Source: Candidatus Saccharimonadota bacterium
GTDB taxonomy: Bacteria; Bacteroidota; Bacteroidia; Flavobacteriales; Blattabacteriaceae
Reading direction: 5' to 3'
Assembly (NCBI RefSeq): GCF_014252415.1
Contig: NZ_CP059223.1
Span: forward strand, 548,139-580,138
DNA: 32,000 nucleotides
This document shows positions 18,302-26,923 of the stretch, piece after piece. Numbering within the stretch: the first letter of the stretch is position 1; the number at the start of each line of letters is the position of its first letter. The position numbers and the translations under genes are program-made. Under the pieces are notes generated by a model. That model made no database searches, had not been told where the DNA came from, and saw only the letters and a list, made by a program, of their open reading frames with translations.

Positions 18302-19120
18302 ATGAATATTAAAAACTATTTTAAAATAAATTATATCGAATCTATTCTTTTAGTTCTTTCATTTATTACTATAAATTTTTTTAATTCTACTTTAAAGAGA
18401 ATTTTTGATGTTTTTCATCTATCTGAAAGTGTTATGTTTTCGATATCATACTCAATACCATTTATTTTTTTATTTACTTTTATTTTTTATCAGTCTTATA
18501 GAAAAAAACTTGTATTTAATTTATTATCAATAAAAATTTCTCCTTGGTATATTTATGCTGTTATTTTTTTTATAATGTTTAATACTATTATATTAAACGA
18601 ATATTTATCATCTTTAGTTCCAAAAGATGGTCCTATTTTAGGAAACATGTATAGAGAGATAGAATTCTTTTTAAAAGAAGAAGTAAAAAATCCATTACCT
18701 TTTTTATCAACTACTGTATTATTAGCACCAGTTTGTGAAGAAATTTTTTTTAGAGGAATTATATTGAATGGGATGTTAAAAAGTAAAATACATCCATTTA
18801 AAGCTATTATTTTTTCTTCATTCTTATTTGGACTAACACATATGAATCCATGGCAATTAGTAGGAGGATTATTTATTGGAACTTTTATAGGGTATACTTA
18901 TTTCATAACTTCTTCAATTTTAGATTGTATATTATTACATATATTCAATAATATGGTAGCAACAGTTGGAATATTTTACACTATTAATCATGATATTTTA
19001 TTAAATGAAAATAATCCATTTTATATGAATATATTAGTTATTATGATAGGATCAATTTTTATAATTTCAGGGTCTTATTTTCTATTTAGATTTAAAAGAA
19101 AAAAAATGAAAAAAATATAA
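18302..19120 (+). CDS. CPBP-family (CAAX/Abi) intramembrane metalloprotease
   Basis: It is a multi-pass hydrophobic protein with CPBP motifs EExxxR (PVCEEIFFRG), FxxxH (FGLTHMN) and HxxxN (LLHIFNN). The ORF track starts at a TTG (18287), and the first ATG is 18302. Confidence 0.75.
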   Translation: MNIKNYFKINYIESILLVLSFITINFFNSTLKRIFDVFHLSESVMFSISYSIPFIFLFTFIFYQSYRKKLVFNLLSIKISPWYIYAVIFFIMFNTIILNEYLSSLVPKDGPILGNMYREIEFFLKEEVKNPLPFLSTTVLLAPVCEEIFFRGIILNGMLKSKIHPFKAIIFSSFLFGLTHMNPWQLVGGLFIGTFIGYTYFITSSILDCILLHIFNNMVATVGIFYTINHDILLNENNPFYMNILVIMIGSIFIISGSYFLFRFKRKKMKKI

Positions 19121-20037
19121 TGGAAAAATCTTCATTAGTTATTTTAGGATGTCATTCTTCTATTCCAACTAATAAATATCATCATACAACAGCTCAAATA
19201 TTAAAAATGAAGGGATTTTATTTTCTTATTGATTGTGGAGAAGGCACTCAAATACAATTAAGAAAAGCAAAAATAAAATTTAATAAAATTATATATATAT
19301 TTATATCTCATTTACATGGAGATCATTTTTTTGGATTGATAGGTTTATTATCTACATTTCACTTATTAGGGAGAGAGAAATCATTAACTATTTTTGCTCC
19401 AAAAGGATTAAAAGAAATAATTGAAATTCATTTTAAATGGTCTTATACTAAATTAAAATATTTTATTTATTACGTAGAATTATATTCTAATAAGATAGAA
19501 AAAATAATGGATAATAAAAAAATAGAAATTTTTTCTATACCATTAAAACATAGAATTTATACTAATGGATTTTTATTTAAAGAAAAATTAAGTGAAAGAA
19601 AATTGAATATAAATGAAATTAATAAAATTCCTTCTATTTCAATAGCAGATTTTAAAAATTTAAAATTGGGGAAAGATTTTGAAAAAAATGGTAAAACAAT
19701 ACCGAATTCAAAATTAACATTTGATCCACCTAAAATATTATCTTATGCATTTTGTTCAGATACAACATATTATATTCCTATAATAGATCATATAAAATAT
19801 GTAGATTTGTTATATCACGAATCTACTTTTTTAAAAAAAGAAGAAAATAGAGCAATTAAAACAGGACACTCAACTACAATTCATGCTGCTAATATTGCTA
19901 AAAAAGCAAAAGTAAAAAAATTATTATTAGGACATTATTCTAACAGATTTCCTAATATTAAAGAATTTGAACAAGAAGCAAAAGAGGTATTTTATAATAC
20001 AGAAGCATCTGAATCAATAAAAAAATATTTTTTATAA
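19120..20037 (+). CDS. rnz: Ribonuclease Z (tRNA 3' endonuclease, short form)
   Basis: The 305-aa ORF has the metallo-beta-lactamase motif ISHLHGDHFFGL, an N-terminal ILGC.S..PT region and a C-terminal LLGHYS. Its ATG overlaps the upstream TAA stop by 1 nt (TAATG). Confidence 0.9.
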   Translation: MEKSSLVILGCHSSIPTNKYHHTTAQILKMKGFYFLIDCGEGTQIQLRKAKIKFNKIIYIFISHLHGDHFFGLIGLLSTFHLLGREKSLTIFAPKGLKEIIEIHFKWSYTKLKYFIYYVELYSNKIEKIMDNKKIEIFSIPLKHRIYTNGFLFKEKLSERKLNINEINKIPSISIADFKNLKLGKDFEKNGKTIPNSKLTFDPPKILSYAFCSDTTYYIPIIDHIKYVDLLYHESTFLKKEENRAIKTGHSTTIHAANIAKKAKVKKLLLGHYSNRFPNIKEFEQEAKEVFYNTEASESIKKYFL

Positions 20038-20050
20038 ATTTTTTTGGATA

Positions 20051-20353
20051 TTATTTATTAATAATATAAATACCTAATTTAGGTATTTTTTTTATTCTAT
20101 ATCTAAGTTTTTTAGATAAAATATTTCTATAAAATGATAATTTAGACTTTATATGAATAATAATATTTTTTTCTGAAAATGGATAAATATTAATGTATAG
20201 TTTTAAAAAATTTATGTTATGATTAAATTTAACATTAATTAATGTTACTAAAAATTTTTTATTATTATAAAATTCTTGTTGTAAAATTTCAGCTATTTCT
20301 ATAAAAAAAATAGATAATATTTTTTTATTTTTAACAATTTTATTTCTATCCAT
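20051..20353 (-). CDS. rbfA: Ribosome-binding factor A (divergent)
   Basis: The 100-aa ORF has the size and general pattern of RbfA (an N-terminal basic helix, V..V.....L..LK.YI.I.P, and a C-terminal LRYRIKKIPKL resembling LR..P.L.F). The assignment rests on weak similarity only. Confidence 0.55.
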   Translation of the reverse strand: MDRNKIVKNKKILSIFFIEIAEILQQEFYNNKKFLVTLINVKFNHNINFLKLYINIYPFSEKNIIIHIKSKLSFYRNILSKKLRYRIKKIPKLGIYIINK

Positions 20354-20460
20354 AAATATAATAGAATTAAGATAACAATAAAAAAATTTATTATTTATAT
20401 TTAAAATAAATTATATTATTATTATATTGTTATATTGACATTATTCTTAATATTTTTAAA

Positions 20461-20535
20461 GGTCCCATAGCTCAGATTGGTTAGAGCATCTGACTCATAA
20501 TCAGGAGGTCGCTGGTTCAAATCCAGCTGGGACCA
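20461..20535 (+). tRNA. tRNA with CAU anticodon, most similar to tRNA-Ile2 (lysidine-modified)
   Basis: The cloverleaf has acceptor GGTCCCA/TGGGACC, D arm GCTC-AGATTGGTTA-GAGC, anticodon arm TCTGA-CTCATAA-TCAGG and T arm GCTGG-TTCAAAT-CCAGC. The segment CTCATAATC...GGTCGCTGGTTCAAATCCAGC resembles E. coli ileX as I remember it. No CCA is encoded. Confidence 0.85.
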
Positions 20536-20545
20536 TTATAGTATA

Positions 20546-20620
20546 TAACTGGAGAGGGATTCGAACCCACAACTTACAGTTTAGGAAACTGTTGTTCTAT
20601 CCTATTTGAACTATCCAGTT
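20546..20620 (-). tRNA. tRNA-Arg (anticodon CCU)
   Basis: The minus-strand cloverleaf has acceptor AACTGGA/TCCAGTT, D arm GTTC-AAATAGGATA-GAAC, anticodon arm ACAGT-TTCCTAA-ACTGT and T arm GTGGG-TTCGAAT-CCCTC (U50-U64 mismatch). No CCA is encoded. Confidence 0.85.
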
Positions 20621-20628
20621 TCTTCTAC

Positions 20629-20886
20629 TTATTTAGGTTCTACAATATAAACAAATGATTTATTATTTTTTCTTTTTTTAAATTTTACTATTCCATTTTT
20701 TAATGCATAAAGAGTATGATCCTTTCCAATGCCAACATTTTTACCTGGATGATGTTTAGTTCCTCTTTGTCGAATTATTATATTTCCTATGGAAATACGT
20801 TGATCACCATAGATTTTTACTCCTAATCTTCTTCCAGAGGAGTCTCTTCCATTTCTAGAACTCCCAGATCCTTTTTTTTGAGCCAT
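20629..20886 (-). CDS. rpmA: 50S ribosomal protein L27
   Basis: The 85-aa [32 protein letters not shown]...[13 protein letters not shown] has the canonical L27 signature. Confidence 0.96.
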   Translation of the reverse strand: MAQKKGSGSSRNGRDSSGRRLGVKIYGDQRISIGNIIIRQRGTKHHPGKNVGIGKDHTLYALKNGIVKFKKRKNNKSFVYIVEPK

Positions 20887-20891
20887 TTTTT

Positions 20892-21230
20892 TTATTTTTT
20901 TTCTTTAAAAGAAATTATTTTTATTTTTGAAAAAATTGGTCTAAATCCATTTTTTTTTTTATATCCCTTTCTTCTCTTTTTTTTAAAAATAATTATTTTA
21001 TTTCCTTTTATATGTTTTAGAACTTGAACTTTAACACTTATATTATTCAAATATGGATTTCCAATACTAATTAATCCATTTTTATAAAATAAAAGAATTT
21101 TATATATATAAAACTCATCTCCTAATTTTTTTTTTGATAAAAAAGGAATATAAACATATTTATTTTCAATTAATTTTAATTGGTTACCATATAAATCAGC
21201 AATCATATAATTATTTACAATATCATTCAT
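20892..21230 (-). CDS. rplU: 50S ribosomal protein L21
   Basis: It sits immediately upstream of rpmA, the conserved rplU-rpmA pair, and has an L21-like core ([11 protein letters not shown]..., [20 protein letters not shown]). The ATG at 21230 overlaps the sufS TGA (ATGA). Met9 (21206) is an alternative start that matches L21 N-termini better. Confidence 0.85.
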   Translation of the reverse strand: MNDIVNNYMIADLYGNQLKLIENKYVYIPFLSKKKLGDEFYIYKILLFYKNGLISIGNPYLNNISVKVQVLKHIKGNKIIIFKKKRRKGYKKKNGFRPIFSKIKIISFKEKK

Positions 21231-22465
21231 AATCGTTTTAACATTTTTTTTGCTTTTATTAAACTATCAAATAAATAATCAATTTCTTCAAATGTATTAT
21301 AAATAGAAAAACTAATACGAATCATACCATTTATTTTGAAAAAATTCATTAACGGTTGTGCACAAAGATATCCTGTTCTAACAGCTATTCCTAAACGATC
21401 CAAAATAGATCCTACATCAAAACAATGTAATTTATTTAAATTAAATGAAATAATACTAGATTTTTTATCTATTTTATTTATTTTTCCATATATATATATA
21501 TCATTAATTTTTTCTAACTTATTTATAGCATATTTTACTAATTTTTTTTCGTAATTTTGAATATTTTTTAATCCTATTTTTCTAATAAAATTTATAGATT
21601 CTCCTAAAACAAATATTCCTTCTATATTTGGAGTACCAGCCTCAAATTTAAATGGAACACAAGAAAATGTAGTTTTTTCTAAACTTACATTTTTAATCAT
21701 TTCTCCTCCAAATTGATAGGGATTAATACATTTCAGTATATCTTTTTTTCCATATAAAATACCAACTCCTGTTGGACCATACATTTTATGTCCAGAGAAA
21801 ACATAAAAATCTACATCTAATTCCTGCATATTTAAACATAAATGTGAAACAGCCTGGGCGCCATCAATTAAAACCCAAGCACCAAATTTATGAGATTTAT
21901 CAATAATATATTTAATTGGATTAATAATACCTAATACATTAGATATATGACATATAGATACTATTTTAGTTTTTTTTGAAATTAATGATTCAAATTTGTT
22001 TAAATCAATAACACCATTTTTATTAATTGGTATAATTTTTAGAATTGATTTTTGTATATTACAGATATTTTGCCATGGTACGATGTTAGAATGATGTTCA
22101 ATATGAGAAATTAATATTTCATCTCCTTTATTTATAAAATTACTAATACTAGATGCAACTAAATTAATAGATTCCGTAGTTCCTTTTGTAAAAATAATTT
22201 CAGAATCATATTTTGCACAAATAAATTTTTGAATATTTTTTCTTACATTTTCTATAGATAAGGTAGATTTTCTAGATAGAAAATGCATAGACCTATGAAC
22301 ATTTGAATTTATTTTTGAATAAAAAAATTTTGAAGATTCAATTACTTTTTTTGGTTTTTGAGTAGTAGCTGCGTTATCAAAATATATTAATGATTTATTA
22401 TATATTTTTTCTTTTAAAATAGGAAATTCATTTCTAATTTTTTCTATATTTTTTTTGGATAACAT
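21227..22465 (-). CDS. sufS: Cysteine desulfurase SufS (class V aminotransferase)
   Basis: The 412-aa ORF has the PLP-lysine context (FSGHKMYGPTGVGILYG), the active-site Cys loop (RTGYLCAQP) and a position in the suf cluster. Confidence 0.93.
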   Translation of the reverse strand: MLSKKNIEKIRNEFPILKEKIYNKSLIYFDNAATTQKPKKVIESSKFFYSKINSNVHRSMHFLSRKSTLSIENVRKNIQKFICAKYDSEIIFTKGTTESINLVASSISNFINKGDEILISHIEHHSNIVPWQNICNIQKSILKIIPINKNGVIDLNKFESLISKKTKIVSICHISNVLGIINPIKYIIDKSHKFGAWVLIDGAQAVSHLCLNMQELDVDFYVFSGHKMYGPTGVGILYGKKDILKCINPYQFGGEMIKNVSLEKTTFSCVPFKFEAGTPNIEGIFVLGESINFIRKIGLKNIQNYEKKLVKYAINKLEKINDIYIYGKINKIDKKSSIISFNLNKLHCFDVGSILDRLGIAVRTGYLCAQPLMNFFKINGMIRISFSIYNTFEEIDYLFDSLIKAKKMLKRL

Positions 22466-22473
22466 TTTTTTTT

Positions 22474-23769
22474 CTATAAAAATTTTTCCAATTTTTTACT
22501 GATATTATTACATATATAATTTCCAATTTTTATATCCATTTTTTTTATTATTTCATTAAAAAAAGAAAATAATAATAAAATTTTACTATTTTTTTCAGAT
22601 ATTCCTCTAGATTTTAAATAAAGTAATTCAGATTTTTTAATATTTCCTATTGTACAACCATGAGAACATTTAACATTTTTAGAAAAGATTTTTAATTGAG
22701 GTTTAGCATAAATTTTAGATTCTTTTGACATTAAAATATTATTATTTTTTTGAAACGCATTTATTTCCTCTATATTTTTATTTATTTTAATATTTCCATT
22801 AAAAATTCCATTAGATTTTTTAAAAAAAATACTTTTATATAATTGAAAACTCTTAGAATAAGAGTATTTATGATTTATAAAAGTAGAATGATTTATAGAT
22901 TCATTATTAGATGATATAGATAATCCATATAAACATGATTTAGATTTTTTTCCATTAGAAATAATATTTAAATTATTTTTAATTATTTTTCCTTTTAATG
23001 AAAAAGTAAAAATATTACATCTACTATTTTTTTTTTGATTAAAAAAAGTATTATCAATTACGGATAAATTATTTATTTTATCTTGTATTTTATAATAATC
23101 GATTTTACTAAAATCTAAACTATAAATCTCATTAACTAAATTTATAAAATTAGGATTTTTATCATAACATTTATAATGTTCAATAATCTTAACATAAGAA
23201 TTTTTCCCTACTATTATTAATACTCTAGGATTAAATATTGTATTTTTTTTATTTGTAAAAATATGTAAAATTTCTATTGGTTTTTTTAAAAAAGTATTAT
23301 CCGGGACTTCAATATACATTCCATTTTTTGAAAAAATAGTATTTAAACTGCAAAATACATCATATTTTTTATGACACAATTTTCCATAAAAATTATGTAT
23401 TTTATTGGATAATAATTTTTTAATATTTATATATTTTTGATGATATAGATCAATATATTTTCCATTTAAAAAAACAAATAAAAATGATTTTTTTGTTAGA
23501 TAAAAAAGATCTAATTTTTTTTCTATGTGATTTATATCATATATTTTTTTTTGTTTAAAATTTTCAAATAATAAATTATAATTTTTATTAAAAATTGAAT
23601 AAATATTTTTTTCGTTCCAATTTTTTATAAATGGGGATTCCTTTGAAGAAAAATTTAAACCTTTTTTTATATAAAGATCAATATTTTCTTTTTTTATAGA
23701 AGATAAATCATAATTATTTTTTTGAATAATCTTCTTAATTAAAAAATTGATTTGATCTCTTAAAATCAT
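22474..23769 (-). CDS. sufD: Fe-S cluster assembly protein SufD
   Basis: The 431-aa ORF lies between sufC and sufS. Its C-terminal beta-helix signature (KPQLKIFSKNVKCSHGCTIGNI...LLYLKSRGI) is typical of SufD. Confidence 0.87.
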   Translation of the reverse strand: MILRDQINFLIKKIIQKNNYDLSSIKKENIDLYIKKGLNFSSKESPFIKNWNEKNIYSIFNKNYNLLFENFKQKKIYDINHIEKKLDLFYLTKKSFLFVFLNGKYIDLYHQKYINIKKLLSNKIHNFYGKLCHKKYDVFCSLNTIFSKNGMYIEVPDNTFLKKPIEILHIFTNKKNTIFNPRVLIIVGKNSYVKIIEHYKCYDKNPNFINLVNEIYSLDFSKIDYYKIQDKINNLSVIDNTFFNQKKNSRCNIFTFSLKGKIIKNNLNIISNGKKSKSCLYGLSISSNNESINHSTFINHKYSYSKSFQLYKSIFFKKSNGIFNGNIKINKNIEEINAFQKNNNILMSKESKIYAKPQLKIFSKNVKCSHGCTIGNIKKSELLYLKSRGISEKNSKILLLFSFFNEIIKKMDIKIGNYICNNISKKLEKFL

Positions 23770-23782
23770 TTATATTTAAATA

Positions 23783-24535
23783 TTATTTATTTAATGATTC
23801 AATCCAATTATAACCTTTATTTTCAAGTTCATTAACTAATTCTTTTTTTCCAGATATCATAATTTTTCCATTATATAAAACATGTATGATATATTCTGAA
23901 TTTATATAATCTAATAATCTTTTATAATGTGTAATAATTAAAATAGAATTTTTTTTATTTTTATAAATATTAATTCCTTTTGCTATTATTTTTATAGCAT
24001 CTATATCTAATCCTGAATCTATCTCATCTAAAATAGAAAAGATTGGGTTTAACATTATCATTTGAAATATTTCATTACGTTTTTTTTCCCCTCCTGAGAA
24101 TCCATCATTTAAAAATCTATATATAAAATTTTCGTTCATTTTTAATATTGATGAAACATCTTTTGCTTTAGATAAAATATCTTTAGAAGACATTTTTTCC
24201 AAATTATTTTCTTTACGTATTGAATTAATGGATGTTTTTATAAAATTTATTATGGGAACCCCTGGTATTTCTATTGGATTTTGAAAAGATAAAAATATAC
24301 CTAAACATGCACGTTTTTCTACAGAAAGATTTAATAAATTTTTATTAAAAAAATAAATTTTTCCTTTTTTTATATTATAATCATCTTTTCCAGCTATTAC
24401 ACTAGCAAGTGTACTTTTTCCAGATCCATTAGGTCCCATTATTACATGAGTTTCTCCAATATTAATTTTTAAATTAATTCCTTTAAGGATTTCATTTTCT
24501 CCTATAGAAACATGTAAATTTTCTATACTTAGCAT
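23783..24535 (-). CDS. sufC: Fe-S cluster assembly ATPase SufC
   Basis: ABC ATPase motifs are present (GPNGSGKST, FSGGEKKRNEI, SILDEIDSGLD). The SufC-like N-terminus MLSIENLHV begins at Met10 (24535). The ORF track extends to 24562, overlapping sufB by 8 nt. Confidence 0.93.
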   Translation of the reverse strand: MLSIENLHVSIGENEILKGINLKINIGETHVIMGPNGSGKSTLASVIAGKDDYNIKKGKIYFFNKNLLNLSVEKRACLGIFLSFQNPIEIPGVPIINFIKTSINSIRKENNLEKMSSKDILSKAKDVSSILKMNENFIYRFLNDGFSGGEKKRNEIFQMIMLNPIFSILDEIDSGLDIDAIKIIAKGINIYKNKKNSILIITHYKRLLDYINSEYIIHVLYNGKIMISGKKELVNELENKGYNWIESLNK

Positions 24536-24554
24536 ATGGTAATAATTTATTTTA

Positions 24555-25994
24555 TTATCCAATAGATCCTTCTAAAGATATTTCTAAAAGTTTTTTTGCT
24601 TCTATCGCAAATTCCATTGGTAATTTCTTGATAATATCATTACTAAATCCATTAACTATTAATGATATTGATTTATCTATATTAATTCCTCTTTGATTAC
24701 AATAAAATATTTGTTCCTTTTCAATTTTTGAAGTAGTAGCTTCATGTTCTACTTGAGAAGTAGAATTATTAACACTGATATATGGAAAAGTATGTGATCC
24801 ACATTTATTTCCTATTAATAAAGAATCACATTGTGAAAAATTTCTAGAATTTTCTGAATTAGATAAAATTTTTACTAATCCTCTATAATTATTTTGAGCT
24901 TTTCCAGAAGAAACTCCTTTAGATATAATAATACTTTTCGTATGATTTCCTATATGTATCATTTTTGTCCCAGTATCTGATTGTTGAAAATTTTTTGTTA
25001 AAGATAAAGAGTAAAATTCTCCAGAAGAAAAATCTCCTTTTAAAATACATGAAGGATATTTCCAAGTAATTGACGAACCTGTTTCAACTTGAGTCCAAGA
25101 TATTTTTGATTTTTTTTCACATAAACCACGTTTTGTTACAAAATTAAAAACTCCCCCTATACCATTTTTATCTCCCGGATACCAATTTTGAACAGTAGAA
25201 TATTTAACTTCTGAATTCTCTAATGCAATTATTTCTACTACTGCAGCGTGTAATTGATTAATATTTCTTTGAGGTGCGGTGCATCCTTCTAAATAACTAA
25301 CGTAAGAATCTTTATCCGCTATAATTAAAGTTCTTTCAAATTGTCCTGTATTCATTTCATTAATACGGAAATATGTAGATAACTCCATTGGACAACGAAT
25401 ACCTTTTGGTATATAACAAAAAGAACCATCTGAGAAAACTGCTGAATTTAAAGCAGCATAAAAATTATCTTTTTTTGAAACTACAGATCCTAAATATTTT
25501 TTTATAAATTTAGGATATTTTTTTATAGCATTATTTATTGAACAAAATATTATCCCTTTTTTTTTTAACTTTTCTTGAAAAGTTGTAAATAATGAAACAG
25601 AATCTAATACTAAATCTGTAGCTACATTTTCTACATTTTTTTTAATAGAAATACCTAAGTTTTCAACTATGTTTGATAATTCCGAATTAGAATTTTCTAA
25701 ATCTTTTACATTTATTTTACTTTTAGGTGCAGAATAATAGCTAATTTTTTTAAAATTAGGAACATTATATTTTATATTTGACCATTTTGGTGGATTCATT
25801 TTTTTCCAAAAAAAATACGATTCTAATCTCCACTTTAACATCCATTCAGGTTCTTTTTTTTTTTTAGATATTTTTCGTATTACATTTTCGTTTAATCCTA
25901 CAGATAATGTATCTGATTTTATTGATAAAAAAAAACCATATTTATAATTAGAATTATTAAAATATTTTAATATTTTATTATTTTTTTTTTTCAT
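24555..25994 (-). CDS. sufB: Fe-S cluster assembly scaffold SufB
   Basis: The 479-aa ORF has strong SufB signatures ([39 protein letters not shown]). Confidence 0.95.
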   Translation of the reverse strand: MKKKNNKILKYFNNSNYKYGFFLSIKSDTLSVGLNENVIRKISKKKKEPEWMLKWRLESYFFWKKMNPPKWSNIKYNVPNFKKISYYSAPKSKINVKDLENSNSELSNIVENLGISIKKNVENVATDLVLDSVSLFTTFQEKLKKKGIIFCSINNAIKKYPKFIKKYLGSVVSKKDNFYAALNSAVFSDGSFCYIPKGIRCPMELSTYFRINEMNTGQFERTLIIADKDSYVSYLEGCTAPQRNINQLHAAVVEIIALENSEVKYSTVQNWYPGDKNGIGGVFNFVTKRGLCEKKSKISWTQVETGSSITWKYPSCILKGDFSSGEFYSLSLTKNFQQSDTGTKMIHIGNHTKSIIISKGVSSGKAQNNYRGLVKILSNSENSRNFSQCDSLLIGNKCGSHTFPYISVNNSTSQVEHEATTSKIEKEQIFYCNQRGINIDKSISLIVNGFSNDIIKKLPMEFAIEAKKLLEISLEGSIG

Positions 25995-26324
25995 TTATAG
26001 TGAAAAACTTTTACCGCATCCACACGTATGTTTTGCGTTAGGATTTTTAAAAAAGAAACCTTTTCCATCTAATCCATCTGAATATTCTAAAATAGTACCA
26101 TTTAAATATTTAATACTATTTTTATCTACTAGAATATTTATTTCTTTATCTTGAAATAATTTATCTTCTTCTTTTTTTTTTTTATCAAAAGATAATTCAT
26201 AAGAAATTCCTGAACATCCAGTATTTTTTATTCCAAACCTAACAAAATACTTTTTTTTTATGAGTCCTTCTTCTTTCATAATGGAATTAAGTTTAATTTT
26301 AGCTTTTTCAGATATAAATATCAT
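25995..26324 (-). CDS. sufA: A-type Fe-S cluster carrier (SufA/IscA/ErpA family)
   Basis: The 109-aa ORF has GCSG and the C-terminal CGCGKSF cysteine motif. It is the first gene of the suf cluster, and its stop abuts the sufB start with no gap. Confidence 0.87.
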   Translation of the reverse strand: MIFISEKAKIKLNSIMKEEGLIKKKYFVRFGIKNTGCSGISYELSFDKKKKEEDKLFQDKEINILVDKNSIKYLNGTILEYSDGLDGKGFFFKNPNAKHTCGCGKSFSL

Positions 26325-26350
26325 TATATAATATAATTTTATTATTATAA

Positions 26351-26358
26351 CAAATATA
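26351..26358 (-). promoter_or_regulatory. Candidate -7 promoter box (TATATTTG on the minus strand) for the suf operon
   Basis: The plus-strand CAAATATA is the reverse complement of TATATTTG. It ends 26 nt upstream of the sufA ATG (26324), in a 70-nt spacer. Confidence 0.35.
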
Positions 26359-26394
26359 TGAATATATTTATTACTTAAAAATAAATAATAACTA

Positions 26395-26922
26395 CTAATA
26401 GTTAAAATAAATTTTAGAGAATCCTTCTTTTAGATTCCACTTATTTGAAGATCCTGCATTAACTTCCAAAATATATTTTATTTTTGTTGATTTAGGAAAA
26501 TCCCTAATTTTTATTTTCCTCATTGGAGAAATATATTTATTTATATATACAATTTTATTATTTTGATCTATATATATTATATCTAAGGGAATTTGAACAT
26601 TTTCCATATTTATTTTTCTATATTCATTTTCATTTTCTAATATGAAAAATATTCCACTATCTTCTTTTAAATGAAATCTATATTTTGATCCATTATTTTT
26701 TTCTACATTAGTTTTACACAATTCTATATATATTTTTTTTATTGAAAAATTGTTATTAATAATATGTAAAAATCCATTTGGAATAAATATTATATCTAAT
26801 ATATTAAACCCATAAAAAAAATTATCATTTTGTTTTTTTTCAGAAGAAAAAAATAATAACAATAACAATATTAATAAAAAACGAATAAATATTTTGTTTA
26901 TCTTAATTTTAATTATTTTCAT
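26395..26922 (-). CDS. DUF192-family protein with N-terminal hydrophobic anchor or signal
   Basis: The 175-aa ORF has a hydrophobic N-terminus (FIRFLLILLLLLFF) and a DUF192-like pattern (...SGIFFIL.....I.M.NV.IPLDIIYID.NNKIV.I......YILEVNAG....NLKEG). Confidence 0.55.
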   Translation of the reverse strand: MKIIKIKINKIFIRFLLILLLLLFFSSEKKQNDNFFYGFNILDIIFIPNGFLHIINNNFSIKKIYIELCKTNVEKNNGSKYRFHLKEDSGIFFILENENEYRKINMENVQIPLDIIYIDQNNKIVYINKYISPMRKIKIRDFPKSTKIKYILEVNAGSSNKWNLKEGFSKIYFNY

Positions 26923-26923
26923 T

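Noticed and set aside
20435-20440. TTGACA hexamer upstream of tRNA-Ile2, resembling a sigma-70 -35 box
   Set aside because: No TATAAT-like -10 sits at 16-18 nt spacing. Bacteroidota primary sigma factors use TTTG/TAnnTTTG rather than the TTGACA/TATAAT architecture.
21336-21554. 72-aa plus-strand ORF inside sufS
   Set aside because: It is an antisense shadow of sufS with no motif support.
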